From Verrucomicrobiota bacterium (lineage in GTDB: Bacteria; Verrucomicrobiota; Verrucomicrobiia; Limisphaerales; SIBE01): a stretch of DNA of 64,000 bases. Made by a program: the position numbers and the translations under genes. The notes beneath the pieces are model-generated. The model made no database searches. It was not told where the DNA came from and worked only from the letters and a program-made list of their open reading frames with translations. The DNA lies in contig VHCZ01000001.1 of assembly GCA_016871535.1 (NCBI GenBank), positions 22,733 through 86,732 of the forward strand, given 5' to 3'. Shown one piece after another: positions 12,831 through 21,911 of this stretch; positions within the stretch are counted from its first letter, which is position 1; every line of letters begins with the position of its first letter.

Positions 12831-15002
12831 ATGGAAGCACCGAAAACACCGAATACATCGGAAGCAAAACTGCACTTTTTGGATTACTGGCGGATCATCC
12901 GCATCCGCAAGACCGTGATCCTCGCCGTGTTCCTTCTGGTCGTCCTGACCACCACGGCCGTCACCTTCATCCTGCCCGAGTCCTTCTCGAGCACGGTGCG
13001 AATCGAGGTTAACAAAGACACGACGGATATCGCCCCGCTCCTTCTGGGTGTCCCGACGCAGAACACCTTCGATCCCTACTTCATCCAGACAGAGTTCGAG
13101 AAGATCAAGTCCAAGACTGTGCTCTACCAGGTCATCACGAACTTGGCACTGACGAATGTCATTTCCAAAGCGCTCAATACAGAGGGTATCCTGAGGGTCT
13201 CAGAGGTGTACCCATTTTTGCTCCGGCAGATTGATGTCCGTCAGTCGCGCAATACGAGCCTCATTGAGATTCGGGTTTATGACGAGGACAAGAACTTGGC
13301 GGCGGCTATTGCGAACGAGATCGCGGCCGTGTATCGGAAGACACGCGAGGAAAGATCCGGGAGAGCGTCCGAGGAGAGCATCGCGGAACTGGCAAAGCAG
13401 CTCGCCCTTCAAGAAGTCGCCCTCACCAATGCCCAGAACACGATGGATGATCTTCGCAAACAGCTCGGAGTCGCTGACATCGACGCCGGAGGCGGACTCC
13501 TGACCGTGGAACCAGAAATCGTCCGCATGGTCTCGCGCGATCGCGTTGGAGCGCAGTCTCTGTATGCTCAATTCAAAACGCTCTTCGACGAACTCAGTTC
13601 GTTGCCTAAAGAAGAATTGCGCCGGGTCATCCCGACGGCTTCACCGGATCCACAGTTGTCTGATCTGCTGAGCAAACATGCGCAAGCCGAGGTCGAATAC
13701 GCGTCCATCTTCAAGGAGTTGGGAGACAAACACTCTCGGGTCGTTTCACTGAACGCCATCATAACCAACCTGAACGGGCAGATTGACGCTCGATGCCAGG
13801 GCATTCTCAAAGGCCTGGCAACTCAAGCGGCCGTGCATGCCGCCCGGATTGAGGCTTTGGATAAGGAAGAACTCCGTGCGAGGACAAAAGATGCGGATCA
13901 AATGGAGAAGTATCGGCCGTACTTCCAGGCCAAGCGCAACGTGGACACTCAGCAGCGCATCTACGAAACGATCAAACTCCGCATTCTGCAAGAGACGGTC
14001 GATAAGGCTCTGCCCAAGAAGTCGATCGTGCAAGTGATCGACAAGGCCGAGGCGAGCTTGCGTCCCGTCCGCCCCAACATACCGCTCAATATTGCTCTCG
14101 GCGTGATTGTCGGATTGCTCATGGGCTTTGGCCTCGCCTTCTTCATCGAATATCTGGACACGAGCGTGAAGACGATCGACGACGTGGAGCGCGCCGTCCA
14201 GGCGCCCGTGCTCGGCGTGATCCCGCAAAACGTCGGCGCCTTGATCGAAGAAGGGCCGGAAAGCCCGCACGCGGAGGCCTATCGTGTCCTTCGCACCAAT
14301 ATCATGTTCGCCCGCAAAGAGTCGAACTGGAACTGTTTGACCGTCGTCAGCGGCGGCGCTGGCGAAGGAAAGTCCACGACTATTTTCAACCTGGCGACCG
14401 TCTTCGCGCAGAACGGCCAGCGCGTGCTGATGGTCGATTCCGACTTGCGCCGTCCGAGCCTCCACAAGCTGTTGAACGTCTCCAATTCGGCCGGCCTGAC
14501 CAACTTCCTGCTCAACCAGGTCGGCCTGGAGCAAGTCATCCAGACGACCAGTTTGCCGACCTTGCACTTCCTGCCGAGCGGCAAACTGCCGAGCAGTTCG
14601 CTGGGCGTGCTCAACTCGCCGCAGATGAAGGAGTTCATCACGGCCGTCAAAGCGCGCTATGACTTTGTGTTCTTCGATTCGCCCCCGATCATGGGCGTAA
14701 GCGACGCTTCGATCCTGGCCAGCGTCGTCGATATGTCGCTGCTCGTGATCCAATACCGCAAATACCCGCAAGCCATGACCATCCGCGCCAAGCAAATGGT
14801 GGAAAAGGTTGGCGGAAACCTCCTCGGTGTCGTGCTGAACAACATCAACATCTCCCAGGATTCCTACTACTACTACTACAGCGGCTATTACTACGATTAT
14901 TACTCGAAGCACGACGACAGCGAGTCCTCGCCCAAGAAAAACGGCGAAGCCAAGACGCCGGCTTCAGATCGGGGTGGTCTCGAGATCAAACAAAAATATT
15001 AA
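12831..15002 (+). CDS. Polysaccharide co-polymerase / tyrosine autokinase (Wzc/GumC-like)
   Basis: Wzz-like N-domain with TM (ILAVFLLVVLTTTAVTFIL), long coiled-coil region and a second TM. Cytoplasmic P-loop ATPase (GGAGEGKSTT, DSDLRRPSLHK, FDSPPI) and a C-terminal Tyr cluster YYYYYSGYYYDYY. Confidence 0.9.
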   Translation: MEAPKTPNTSEAKLHFLDYWRIIRIRKTVILAVFLLVVLTTTAVTFILPESFSSTVRIEVNKDTTDIAPLLLGVPTQNTFDPYFIQTEFEKIKSKTVLYQVITNLALTNVISKALNTEGILRVSEVYPFLLRQIDVRQSRNTSLIEIRVYDEDKNLAAAIANEIAAVYRKTREERSGRASEESIAELAKQLALQEVALTNAQNTMDDLRKQLGVADIDAGGGLLTVEPEIVRMVSRDRVGAQSLYAQFKTLFDELSSLPKEELRRVIPTASPDPQLSDLLSKHAQAEVEYASIFKELGDKHSRVVSLNAIITNLNGQIDARCQGILKGLATQAAVHAARIEALDKEELRARTKDADQMEKYRPYFQAKRNVDTQQRIYETIKLRILQETVDKALPKKSIVQVIDKAEASLRPVRPNIPLNIALGVIVGLLMGFGLAFFIEYLDTSVKTIDDVERAVQAPVLGVIPQNVGALIEEGPESPHAEAYRVLRTNIMFARKESNWNCLTVVSGGAGEGKSTTIFNLATVFAQNGQRVLMVDSDLRRPSLHKLLNVSNSAGLTNFLLNQVGLEQVIQTTSLPTLHFLPSGKLPSSSLGVLNSPQMKEFITAVKARYDFVFFDSPPIMGVSDASILASVVDMSLLVIQYRKYPQAMTIRAKQMVEKVGGNLLGVVLNNINISQDSYYYYYSGYYYDYYSKHDDSESSPKKNGEAKTPASDRGGLEIKQKY

Positions 15003-15034
15003 TTGTCCTCCGCCGGTTCTATCGTTAAGTAGTC

Positions 15035-15646
15035 GTGGCCATGAATTCACTTTGCAGCGGCACCGCCGCACTAGCACGTTTATCTGTTCTTTTGCTGCTC
15101 GCCCTGGTTTTCGCGGGATGCGAGACGCCTGGCGGTCGGAACCCGAAACCCAACGACCAGGCCGGATCACCGGACTTGCTGCAGATCGGCGACGCCGTCT
15201 ATATCAGTTTCTCCGGCGTGCTTGATCCACCACCGAAAGTCGAGGACCGGATTCGGCAAGACGGGTGCATTACCTTGCCATTTGTGGGCGACCTCAAGGC
15301 CGCGGGTCTCACGCGGGAACGGCTTCAAAAAAGCATTACTGAGGCATATGTCCCCGGTTACTACAAGCGCCTGACCGTCAACGTGAACCTATCTGATCGT
15401 TTCATTTATGTGCATGGACAGGTGAGAAGAGAGGGAGCTATCGATTACAGACGAGAAATGACCGTGCTTCAGGCGATCTCTGCCGCCGGCGGATTCACCG
15501 ACTTCGCTAAAAAATGGGAGATCACCGTGACCCGCGCTGACGGACAAATCATCACCGTGGACTGTGATCGCGCACTCAAGCAACCCGACCTGGATGTGAC
15601 GGTCTTTCCAAACGACAAGATTTTCGTGCCTCGGCGGATCATCTAA
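15035..15646 (+). CDS. Polysaccharide export lipoprotein (Wza-like, Poly_export + SLBB)
   Basis: Lipobox LLLALVFAGC. Blocks LQIGDAVYISF, ITLPFVGDLKAAGLTRERLQKSI, VHGQVRREGAIDY and TVLQAISAAGGFTDFA. Confidence 0.85.
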   Translation: MAMNSLCSGTAALARLSVLLLLALVFAGCETPGGRNPKPNDQAGSPDLLQIGDAVYISFSGVLDPPPKVEDRIRQDGCITLPFVGDLKAAGLTRERLQKSITEAYVPGYYKRLTVNVNLSDRFIYVHGQVRREGAIDYRREMTVLQAISAAGGFTDFAKKWEITVTRADGQIITVDCDRALKQPDLDVTVFPNDKIFVPRRII

Positions 15647-16036
15647 GTGATTCAATTCCGATTCCTGACCGGAAGCCATTCCGGCACATTCCACCGCATC
15701 GCACAGTTTCCCTGTTCCATTGGAAGAAATGCCTCGGCGGATATTCGCCTGGAAGACTCCGGCGTCTGGGATCGCCATCTGGAAATCGACCTGAGCTCAG
15801 ACCGCAGTTTTGTCCTTCATGCACGCCCTGAGGCATCCGCATTCGTCAACGGTCAGCGGACCGAACAGTCGATCTTGAAGAACGGCGACCTCATAGAAAT
15901 CGGCGCCGCCAAAATTCAATTCTGGCTGGATCCCACGCGTCAGAAAGACTTCCGACTGCGCGAGTTCTTCACCTGGATGGCCCTCGCGATCCTGTCGGTG
16001 GGCCAGGTCGCTTTGATTTACTGGCTTCCCTGGTAG
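15647..16036 (+). CDS. Small FHA-domain protein with C-terminal TM anchor
   Basis: FHA signature (FPCSIGRNASADIRLEDSGVWDRHLEI...NGQRTEQSILKNGDLIEIG) and a C-terminal TM (FFTWMALAILSVGQVALIYWLPW). The GTG start immediately follows the Wza stop codon. Confidence 0.8.
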   Translation: MIQFRFLTGSHSGTFHRIAQFPCSIGRNASADIRLEDSGVWDRHLEIDLSSDRSFVLHARPEASAFVNGQRTEQSILKNGDLIEIGAAKIQFWLDPTRQKDFRLREFFTWMALAILSVGQVALIYWLPW

Positions 16037-16040
16037 GAGT

Positions 16041-16970
16041 TCACTTCGTTCCGCCGGCCAGAATGGTCTGGAAGTGCGGCGGCTGCTCTTCCCGGGCGAC
16101 GACGCTGATCTCGATTCTTTTGAATCCGGCGGCTTCCAGCCATCGCTGCAGGTCGCTTTCGCGAAATCCCAACCAGCGGTCCCCATACAGATCGCGGGCT
16201 TGCTCGAAAGTGTGTTGAAGAAGATCCAGGACCATGAGCTGTCCACCCGGAACGAGAAGCGTGTGCGCGCTTTGAATGGCGCGTTCCGGGTTCGCGGCGT
16301 GATGCAGCGCCTGGCTCAGAATCACGAGATCCACACTCTGAGGATCGATCGGCGGCGTTTCCAAATCTCCCAGGCGGAATTCGAGATTCTTGAGACCATT
16401 CTTCTTCGCCTTGCTCGCCCCAAAGGCGATGATCTTCTCCGAATTATCGACCGCGATCACTTTCTTGGCGCGACGCGCCAAAAGTTCACTCAACAAACCT
16501 TCACCGGCGCCCAGGTCCGCGATCACCAGCGGTGGAAGCACCCGCAAAAGCAGTTGGCCAAACGCCTGCCAGGATCGGCCCGGACCGTAACTTCGGTCGA
16601 AGCGCCCCGCCACCTGGTTGAAGAAGAGTTGCGCCTGCTCGGTGCGGCGGTTCAGAATGCGTTTGAGGTTGATCTGATCCGCCGCGTACTCGTCGATTTC
16701 TTTGGCGCCGCGAACCGCCAGTTGGATGAATTCGCGCGCCATCCCATTGGCCGCGGCGCTCAGTTTGTAAAAAGTCCGCTTCCCGTCGCGCCGTGATTGG
16801 AGCAGCCCCGCTTCTTGCAGCAAACCCAGGTGCGTGGAAATCCGCGATTGCCCCATGCGCGTGATCTCCTGGAGTTCGTTGACCGACAACTCGTCGCGCT
16901 CCAGCAGAGCCATGATGCGGAGCCGCGTCGGGTCCGCCAGCGCGCGCAGGGATTTAAGGACGCGCGACAT
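16041..16970 (-). CDS. ArsR-family wHTH fused to a SAM-methyltransferase-like domain (SahR-like regulator)
   Basis: ArsR HTH (LADPTRLRIMALLERDELSVNELQEITRMGQSRISTHLGLLQEAGLL) plus a class I MTase fold (VIADLGAGEGLLSELLA...VIAVDNS). It is adjacent to metK-ahcY. Confidence 0.8.
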   Translation of the reverse strand: MSRVLKSLRALADPTRLRIMALLERDELSVNELQEITRMGQSRISTHLGLLQEAGLLQSRRDGKRTFYKLSAAANGMAREFIQLAVRGAKEIDEYAADQINLKRILNRRTEQAQLFFNQVAGRFDRSYGPGRSWQAFGQLLLRVLPPLVIADLGAGEGLLSELLARRAKKVIAVDNSEKIIAFGASKAKKNGLKNLEFRLGDLETPPIDPQSVDLVILSQALHHAANPERAIQSAHTLLVPGGQLMVLDLLQHTFEQARDLYGDRWLGFRESDLQRWLEAAGFKRIEISVVAREEQPPHFQTILAGGTK

Positions 16971-17529
16971 GTTTTCGTCTCCGCTTCGAGATTGAGGTTC
17001 GCCCTTGGCGCACTTGCCTAACCATCTGCCGGAACAATGTCGTCAAAGCTTTTCGACGACCAGAAGAAACCGGCAGAGTGGCTATGCGGTCTGCCAAAAT
17101 CATCGGCTTGATCAGTCGGCTGCGAAGCAAGGCTTCTAGATAAGAGCGATCCTTTTCACGTCCCGCAGCCAGTTTGCTCGCTGCCAGATCGTGCAGTTCA
17201 AGACACCATCCCGTGACACCACCTGTGCGTTTCGTCCGGAAAGGAATTAGCCGTTCCGTCCATCCGTCCGGGAGCGAGGCCAGTTCAGGTGTGACACAAT
17301 CGACGAAGAAGCCATTCTGTCGTGAGAAATCGGACCGAGCGCCAAGTTGGGTCACAAGAAGCGGCAATGCTTGGGGATTGGCGCGCGGATATAAGTCAAC
17401 CTCTTGCGATCTCAGACAAACTCCAGGCGGGCGTGCCACCATGCCCAGAATGCACTGACTGCCAAAAACGATAGAATCCCACTGATGACCATGAGTCCAG
17501 GGTGGTTTGAGTCGCGCGGTCTTTTTCAT
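16954..17529 (-). CDS. Hypothetical protein, minimal nucleotidyltransferase-like
   Basis: GS...D.D motif (IVFGSQCILG...SQEVDLYP) and a C-terminal block HDLAASKLAAGREKDRSYLEALL. It overlaps the downstream ArsR/MTase start by 17 nt. Confidence 0.5.
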   Translation of the reverse strand: MKKTARLKPPWTHGHQWDSIVFGSQCILGMVARPPGVCLRSQEVDLYPRANPQALPLLVTQLGARSDFSRQNGFFVDCVTPELASLPDGWTERLIPFRTKRTGGVTGWCLELHDLAASKLAAGREKDRSYLEALLRSRLIKPMILADRIATLPVSSGRRKALTTLFRQMVRQVRQGRTSISKRRRKHVARP

Positions 17530-17573
17530 ACCGTGATCTTAGCGCAGCTTGATTGCTGGGTCTCAACCCCTCA

Positions 17574-17846
17574 GAGCGTGTCCGAAAATTGCGCGGGGTC
17601 CTGCGGCGAGGGATTTTGGCTGTGGCCAAGGCGGCGAGGTCCGAGCATCCCCAACGCGGGCTGTAAGGACCGAGCCAACGCAGGCCACGGACAAAAGACC
17701 CGCCGCCCGGAGGGTTTTCGCGCCAAAGGCCGCCTGGCTTCGTTGCTCCTCAGTCGAAGATCCAGGGAGGATATTCTCCTTCGTCGCGCCTCGCCATCCG
17801 GCCTTTGGCGCGAAAACAGGACCCCGCGGAATTTTCGGACACGCTC
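17574..17846. mobile_element. MITE-A copy 1 (273 bp, non-autonomous)
   Basis: 30-bp terminal inverted repeats GAGCGTGTCCGAAAATT(g/c)CGCGGGGTCCTG. Direct TCA flanks at 17571-17573 and 17847-17849. No transposase-like ORF. 272/273 identical to the inverted copy at 38739-39011. Confidence 0.9.
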
Positions 17847-17855
17847 TCAAAGATT

Positions 17856-17898
17856 TTGACACTTGAGGGTTGACGAAATACAAAATTAAAATATCTTC
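17856..17898 (+). promoter_or_regulatory. Candidate metK promoter region
   Basis: Either TTGACA (17856-17861), 17 nt, TACAAA, or TTGACG (17870-17875), 16 nt, TATCTT. An AT-rich leader precedes metK. The region starts 10 nt from the MITE-A end. Confidence 0.3.
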
Positions 17899-17946
17899 CT
17901 ATCCTGATACGTCAATATGTATCTCTTAAAATCACCTCGAATCTGA

Positions 17947-19125
17947 ATGAGCAAAAACTACATCTTCTCCTCCGAGTCCGTCGGCGAAGGCCATCCCGAC
18001 AAGGTCTGCGATACGATCTCTGATGCCGTCCTGGATGCTTGCCTCGCGCAGGACAAATTCAGCCGCGTCGCTTGCGAGTGCTACGCCAAGAGCAACCTCG
18101 TCATCGTCGGCGGCGAGATCACGACCAAAGCCAGGCTGGACTACAACGCCATCGCCCGCCAGGCCATTCGCGAAATCGGCTACACGCACGACGACGACGT
18201 GTTCCACGCGGATCGGGTGTTGATCATGAACGCGATCACGCAACAAAGTCCGGACATCGCGCAAGGAGTGGATGCTCGTTCGGCCGAAGGCAAGGAGACT
18301 GCCGAGCAAGGGGCTGGAGACCAGGGATTGATGTTCGGCTACGCCACCAATGAGACTCCGGAATTGATGCCCGCGCCCATCATGTACGCCCATCAACTTG
18401 GCCGCGAACTCAATCGCATCCGGAAGAACGGAAAGGTGAAATGGCTGCGCCCCGATTCCAAGACGCAAGTCTCCGTTCAGTACGTGGACGACCAGCCTGT
18501 CCAAATCACCAACGTGGTTGTCTCCACTCAGCACTCCGCCGATGTCAAGCACCGCACCATCAAAGAATTTGTCATTGAGGAGGTCATCAGAAAGGTTCTG
18601 CCAAAGCATCTGCTCCGCAAAACCACTAAGTTTCTCATCAATCCCACCGGCCGATTTGTCGTGGGCGGGCCGCAAGGCGACACCGGTTTGACCGGACGCA
18701 AGATCATCGTCGATTCCTACGGCGGGATGGGCCGTCACGGCGGCGGCGCCTTCTCGGGCAAGGATCCCTCCAAAGTGGACCGCAGCGCGGCTTACATGGG
18801 ACGCTACGTGGCAAAGAACATCGTGGCTTCCGGCCTCGCGACCAGCGCAGAAATCCAGTTTGCTTACGCCATCGGCCATCCCGATCCCGTCAGCGTTTGC
18901 GTGAACACGTTTGGCACGGGCCTGGTTCCGGATGATTTGATCGAGAAAGCCGTGTGCGAAGTGTTCAGTTTCAAACCGGCGCACATCATCCGGCAGTTGG
19001 ACTTGTTGCGCCCGATCTATTCGCGAACCACCAACTACGGCCACTTTGGCAAAGTCGATGACCTCGAAAGCATTTCCTGGGAACGCACAGACAAAGCCGC
19101 GGCCCTGAAACGCGCCGTGAAATGA
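17947..19125 (+). CDS. metK: S-adenosylmethionine synthetase
   Basis: [10 protein letters not shown] and [19 protein letters not shown]; full-length MetK. Confidence 0.97.
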   Translation: MSKNYIFSSESVGEGHPDKVCDTISDAVLDACLAQDKFSRVACECYAKSNLVIVGGEITTKARLDYNAIARQAIREIGYTHDDDVFHADRVLIMNAITQQSPDIAQGVDARSAEGKETAEQGAGDQGLMFGYATNETPELMPAPIMYAHQLGRELNRIRKNGKVKWLRPDSKTQVSVQYVDDQPVQITNVVVSTQHSADVKHRTIKEFVIEEVIRKVLPKHLLRKTTKFLINPTGRFVVGGPQGDTGLTGRKIIVDSYGGMGRHGGGAFSGKDPSKVDRSAAYMGRYVAKNIVASGLATSAEIQFAYAIGHPDPVSVCVNTFGTGLVPDDLIEKAVCEVFSFKPAHIIRQLDLLRPIYSRTTNYGHFGKVDDLESISWERTDKAAALKRAVK

Positions 19126-19153
19126 GCCGCTATCGCCTGGAATACCCCAATGC

Positions 19154-19188
19154 AACGATTTAACGTTTTAACGATGTAACGATTTAAC
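19154..19188. repeat. Degenerate TAACGAT-type tandem tract
   Basis: AACGATT-TAACGTTT-TAACGATG-TAACGATT-TAAC. It ends 12 nt before the ahcY ATG. Related tracts lie at 28983-29037, 38321-38354 and 47657-47687. Confidence 0.7.
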
Positions 19189-19200
19189 ACCTAAGGAATC

Positions 19201-20697
19201 ATGCCCTCGATCAAACTCCCTCCCTCGCGCAAGTCTAAAACCGCCAAGGCCGCCGCGAAAGTCAGCGGCAACGGAAAAGGCAACGGCTCGCCCAAACAAG
19301 ATTTCTACGTCAAAGACCTTTCGCTCGCGGACCTGGGCCGCCGCGAAATCGAAGTCGCCGAGCAGGAAATGCCCGGCCTCATGGCCATCCGCCGCAAATA
19401 CGGCCCGCAGAAACCGCTTCTGGGCGTTCGCGTGTCCGGCTCGCTGCACATGACCATCGAGACCGCTGTTCTCATCGAAACCCTCGTCGAACTGGGCGCG
19501 TCCGTTCGTTGGGCAAGCTGCAACATTTTTTCGACCCAGGACCACGCCGCCGCGGCCATCGCTAAAGCCGGGATTCCAGTCTTTGCGTTCAAAGGCGAAT
19601 CGCTGGAGGAATACTGGCGGTTCACGCTCGACGCGCTCACGCATCCCGGCGGCAAAGGCCCGCAATTGATCGTCGATGACGGCGGCGACGCCACCCTGTT
19701 GCTCCACAAGGGCCACGAGATGGAGCAGGGCGACAACTGGGTCAACACGCCGAGCGACAGCCACGAAGTCGCTGTGGTCAAGGACCTCCTGAAAAAGTGC
19801 GCGAAAGAACGCCCGGGCTGGTTCACTCAGGCCGTCAACGAGTGGGAAGGCGTTTCCGAAGAAACGACCACCGGTGTGCATCGCCTCTACCAGATGCTCG
19901 AAGCGGGAAAACTTCTCGTGCCCGCCATCAACGTCAACGATTCCGTCACCAAGTCCAAGTTCGACAATCTTTACGGCTGTCGTGAATCTCTCGCTGACGG
20001 ACTCAAGCGCGCCCTCGGCGTGATGATTGCCGGCAAAACCGCGTGCGTTTGCGGTTACGGCGACGTCGGCAAAGGCTCGGCGCACAGTTTGCGCGGTTTC
20101 GGCGCGCGCGTCATCGTCACGGAGATCGACCCGATCAATGCTCTTCAAGCGGCGATGGAAGGCTTCAAAGTCACGACCATCGAAGACACCCTTGGCGAAG
20201 CCGACATCTACGTCACGACCACCGGCAACTGCGACGTCATCACGGTGGACCACATCCTCAAAATGAAGGACCAGGCGATCGTCTGTAACATCGGCCACTT
20301 CGACAACGAGATTCAGGTGGAACGCCTGAACAACGCCAAAGGCGTCACCAAGGTGAACATCAAGCCGCAGGTGGACCGCTACGACTTGCCCGGCGGCAAC
20401 AGCATTTACTTGCTGGCCGAAGGCCGCCTCGTGAACCTGGGTTGTGCCGAAGGCCATCCCAGCTTCGTCATGAGCAACAGCTTCACCAACCAATGCCTGG
20501 CGCAGCTCGATCTCTGGTCAAACAAGGACACCTACCAGATCGGCGTCTATCGGTTGCCCAAGAAGCTCGACGAAGAAGTCGCCCGGTTGCACCTGGAAAA
20601 AATTGGCGTCAAGCTCACGAAGCTCACGAAGAAACAAGCCGGCTACCTCGGCGTCCCGGTGGATGGGCCTTACAAACCAGACCATTACCGGTACTGA
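19201..20697 (+). CDS. ahcY: Adenosylhomocysteinase
   Basis: Full-length AhcY with the NAD-binding motif [15 protein letters not shown] and the C-terminal YKPDHYRY. Confidence 0.97.
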   Translation: MPSIKLPPSRKSKTAKAAAKVSGNGKGNGSPKQDFYVKDLSLADLGRREIEVAEQEMPGLMAIRRKYGPQKPLLGVRVSGSLHMTIETAVLIETLVELGASVRWASCNIFSTQDHAAAAIAKAGIPVFAFKGESLEEYWRFTLDALTHPGGKGPQLIVDDGGDATLLLHKGHEMEQGDNWVNTPSDSHEVAVVKDLLKKCAKERPGWFTQAVNEWEGVSEETTTGVHRLYQMLEAGKLLVPAINVNDSVTKSKFDNLYGCRESLADGLKRALGVMIAGKTACVCGYGDVGKGSAHSLRGFGARVIVTEIDPINALQAAMEGFKVTTIEDTLGEADIYVTTTGNCDVITVDHILKMKDQAIVCNIGHFDNEIQVERLNNAKGVTKVNIKPQVDRYDLPGGNSIYLLAEGRLVNLGCAEGHPSFVMSNSFTNQCLAQLDLWSNKDTYQIGVYRLPKKLDEEVARLHLEKIGVKLTKLTKKQAGYLGVPVDGPYKPDHYRY

Positions 20698-21417
20698 CTA
20701 CTTGATTCCGGCCAGCCGGTCCTTCCAAATCTGGTAAAGCGTCACGGTCGCTCGCACGTCGCGCAGGCAATATTCGGCGATCTCGCGGTAGCGGCCCTCC
20801 GCCAGCAGCGCGTTCACGTCCAGGCCCGTCACGCCGTGGCTTTTCGGTGAATCGATGCCGAAGGCTTTGCAGTAAAAATCCAGATTGAACCGCCGCGCCG
20901 CGCCGTCGCGTCCGCTCACGCCGTAAAAAGTCAATTGTTCCGCCAGATCGCAATGCGGATCAGTTTGATAGCGGTAGCCGAGCCAGTCCTTGCGCGAAAT
21001 CGGCACGTTCAAGATGGCGGAGCGGAGGTAGAGAAACGGCACGTCAAACGAGCGGCCATTGAACGTCGCAATCGATTCGTAATGTTTGGCCACGTCCCAG
21101 AACGCGGTTAAGATCTCGACCTCGTCCACGCAGGGCACGAATTCGACGGGGCCGCCTTCTTCGGCGTCGGCTTCAAAATCCTCCGCCGTGAACAGCACCT
21201 GGCCGCGCGACGTCTCCGCGTTCAACATCGCGATGCACACGATCTGGGCCGTGAAAGGATACAGGTTCAACTGATGCTGCAGCTCAGCCTGCCGGGCCTG
21301 ACGGGCGGCTTCGTCGGGAATCTTTTCGGCGTCACGAAACAAATACTCGATTTGGACTTCGTCGAACGATTCCAGGGGAAGCGCGGAGGTTTCGATGTCG
21401 AAGACGAGTATCGCCAT
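20698..21417 (-). CDS. Predicted 3'-5' exonuclease (RNase H-like, PolB-exonuclease-like family)
   Basis: N-terminal acidic motif ILVFDIETSALP, about 240 aa. Its stop abuts the ahcY stop (convergent, no spacer). Confidence 0.65.
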   Translation of the reverse strand: MAILVFDIETSALPLESFDEVQIEYLFRDAEKIPDEAARQARQAELQHQLNLYPFTAQIVCIAMLNAETSRGQVLFTAEDFEADAEEGGPVEFVPCVDEVEILTAFWDVAKHYESIATFNGRSFDVPFLYLRSAILNVPISRKDWLGYRYQTDPHCDLAEQLTFYGVSGRDGAARRFNLDFYCKAFGIDSPKSHGVTGLDVNALLAEGRYREIAEYCLRDVRATVTLYQIWKDRLAGIK

Positions 21418-21551
21418 GCAAGAAAGAGGGTGAAAGGCGGCTTCAATTCAGTCAAAGAGAATTGGAGTGAATTGGCGGGCGATAGCACGGCTGGTTCAAG
21501 AATGCCATCGGAGCGCGGCGTTCACGCCGCTTCCTCCCAGGAAAGTCCGGG

Positions 21552-21903
21552 GTGTTGCGATTTTCCAAAGCCCACAATAATTTCGGCGCCGAAGCGGCAT
21601 ACTGATCAGACCGTGGGAATAGAATACATTTTGCCAGGAGGGATTTTGGCCAGCCGCGAGGAGCGCGCGAAGCGGTGTATCCCTGCGATCCACAACGAGC
21701 GAGCGACGAAGCGGCGGGCCAAAAGACCCCTCGCCCTGCGGGTTGCGCCGCATTTGGGCTCTGGCTTCGTTGCTCCTCAGTCGAAGATCCACCAGGGATA
21801 TTCTCCTTCGTCGCGCCTGAGCCCAAATGCGACGCAACAAAGTGTATTCTATCCCACGGTCTGATCAGTAAATGCCGCGCTCCGACGTATTGCGAAGCAA
21901 CAC
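21552..21903. mobile_element. MITE-B (core-related element, termini unresolved)
   Basis: Inverted repeats ACTGATCAGACCGTGGGAATAGAATAC (from 21601) and GTATTCTATCCCACGGTCTGATCAGT (to 21869). Weaker pairing extends out to GTGTTGC (21552) / GCAACAC (21903). It contains the MITE-A 57-nt core at 21761-21817 (53/57 by eye). Confidence 0.6.
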
Positions 21904-21911
21904 GAATTGAA

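Noticed and set aside
14864-14908. TAC tandem repeat as a slippage-prone microsatellite.
   Set aside because: It is a trinucleotide repeat encoding the C-terminal tyrosine cluster (YYYYYSGYYYDYY) that is a functional feature of BY-kinases. Unit changes would stay in frame.
17734-17790. Possible hammerhead-like ribozyme in the shared MITE core (CUGAGGAG ... CGAAG on the complementary strand resembles CUGAUGA ... GAAA).
   Set aside because: There is no helix II between the two boxes (only CAAC intervenes). The U-to-G change hits a conserved position, and no cleavage-site helix could be drawn. It is only a superficial resemblance.
17932-20493. Minus-strand ORFs 17932..19155 and 19168..20493, antisense to metK and ahcY.
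   Set aside because: The plus strand encodes full-length, unmistakable MetK and AhcY. The antisense products have no motifs.
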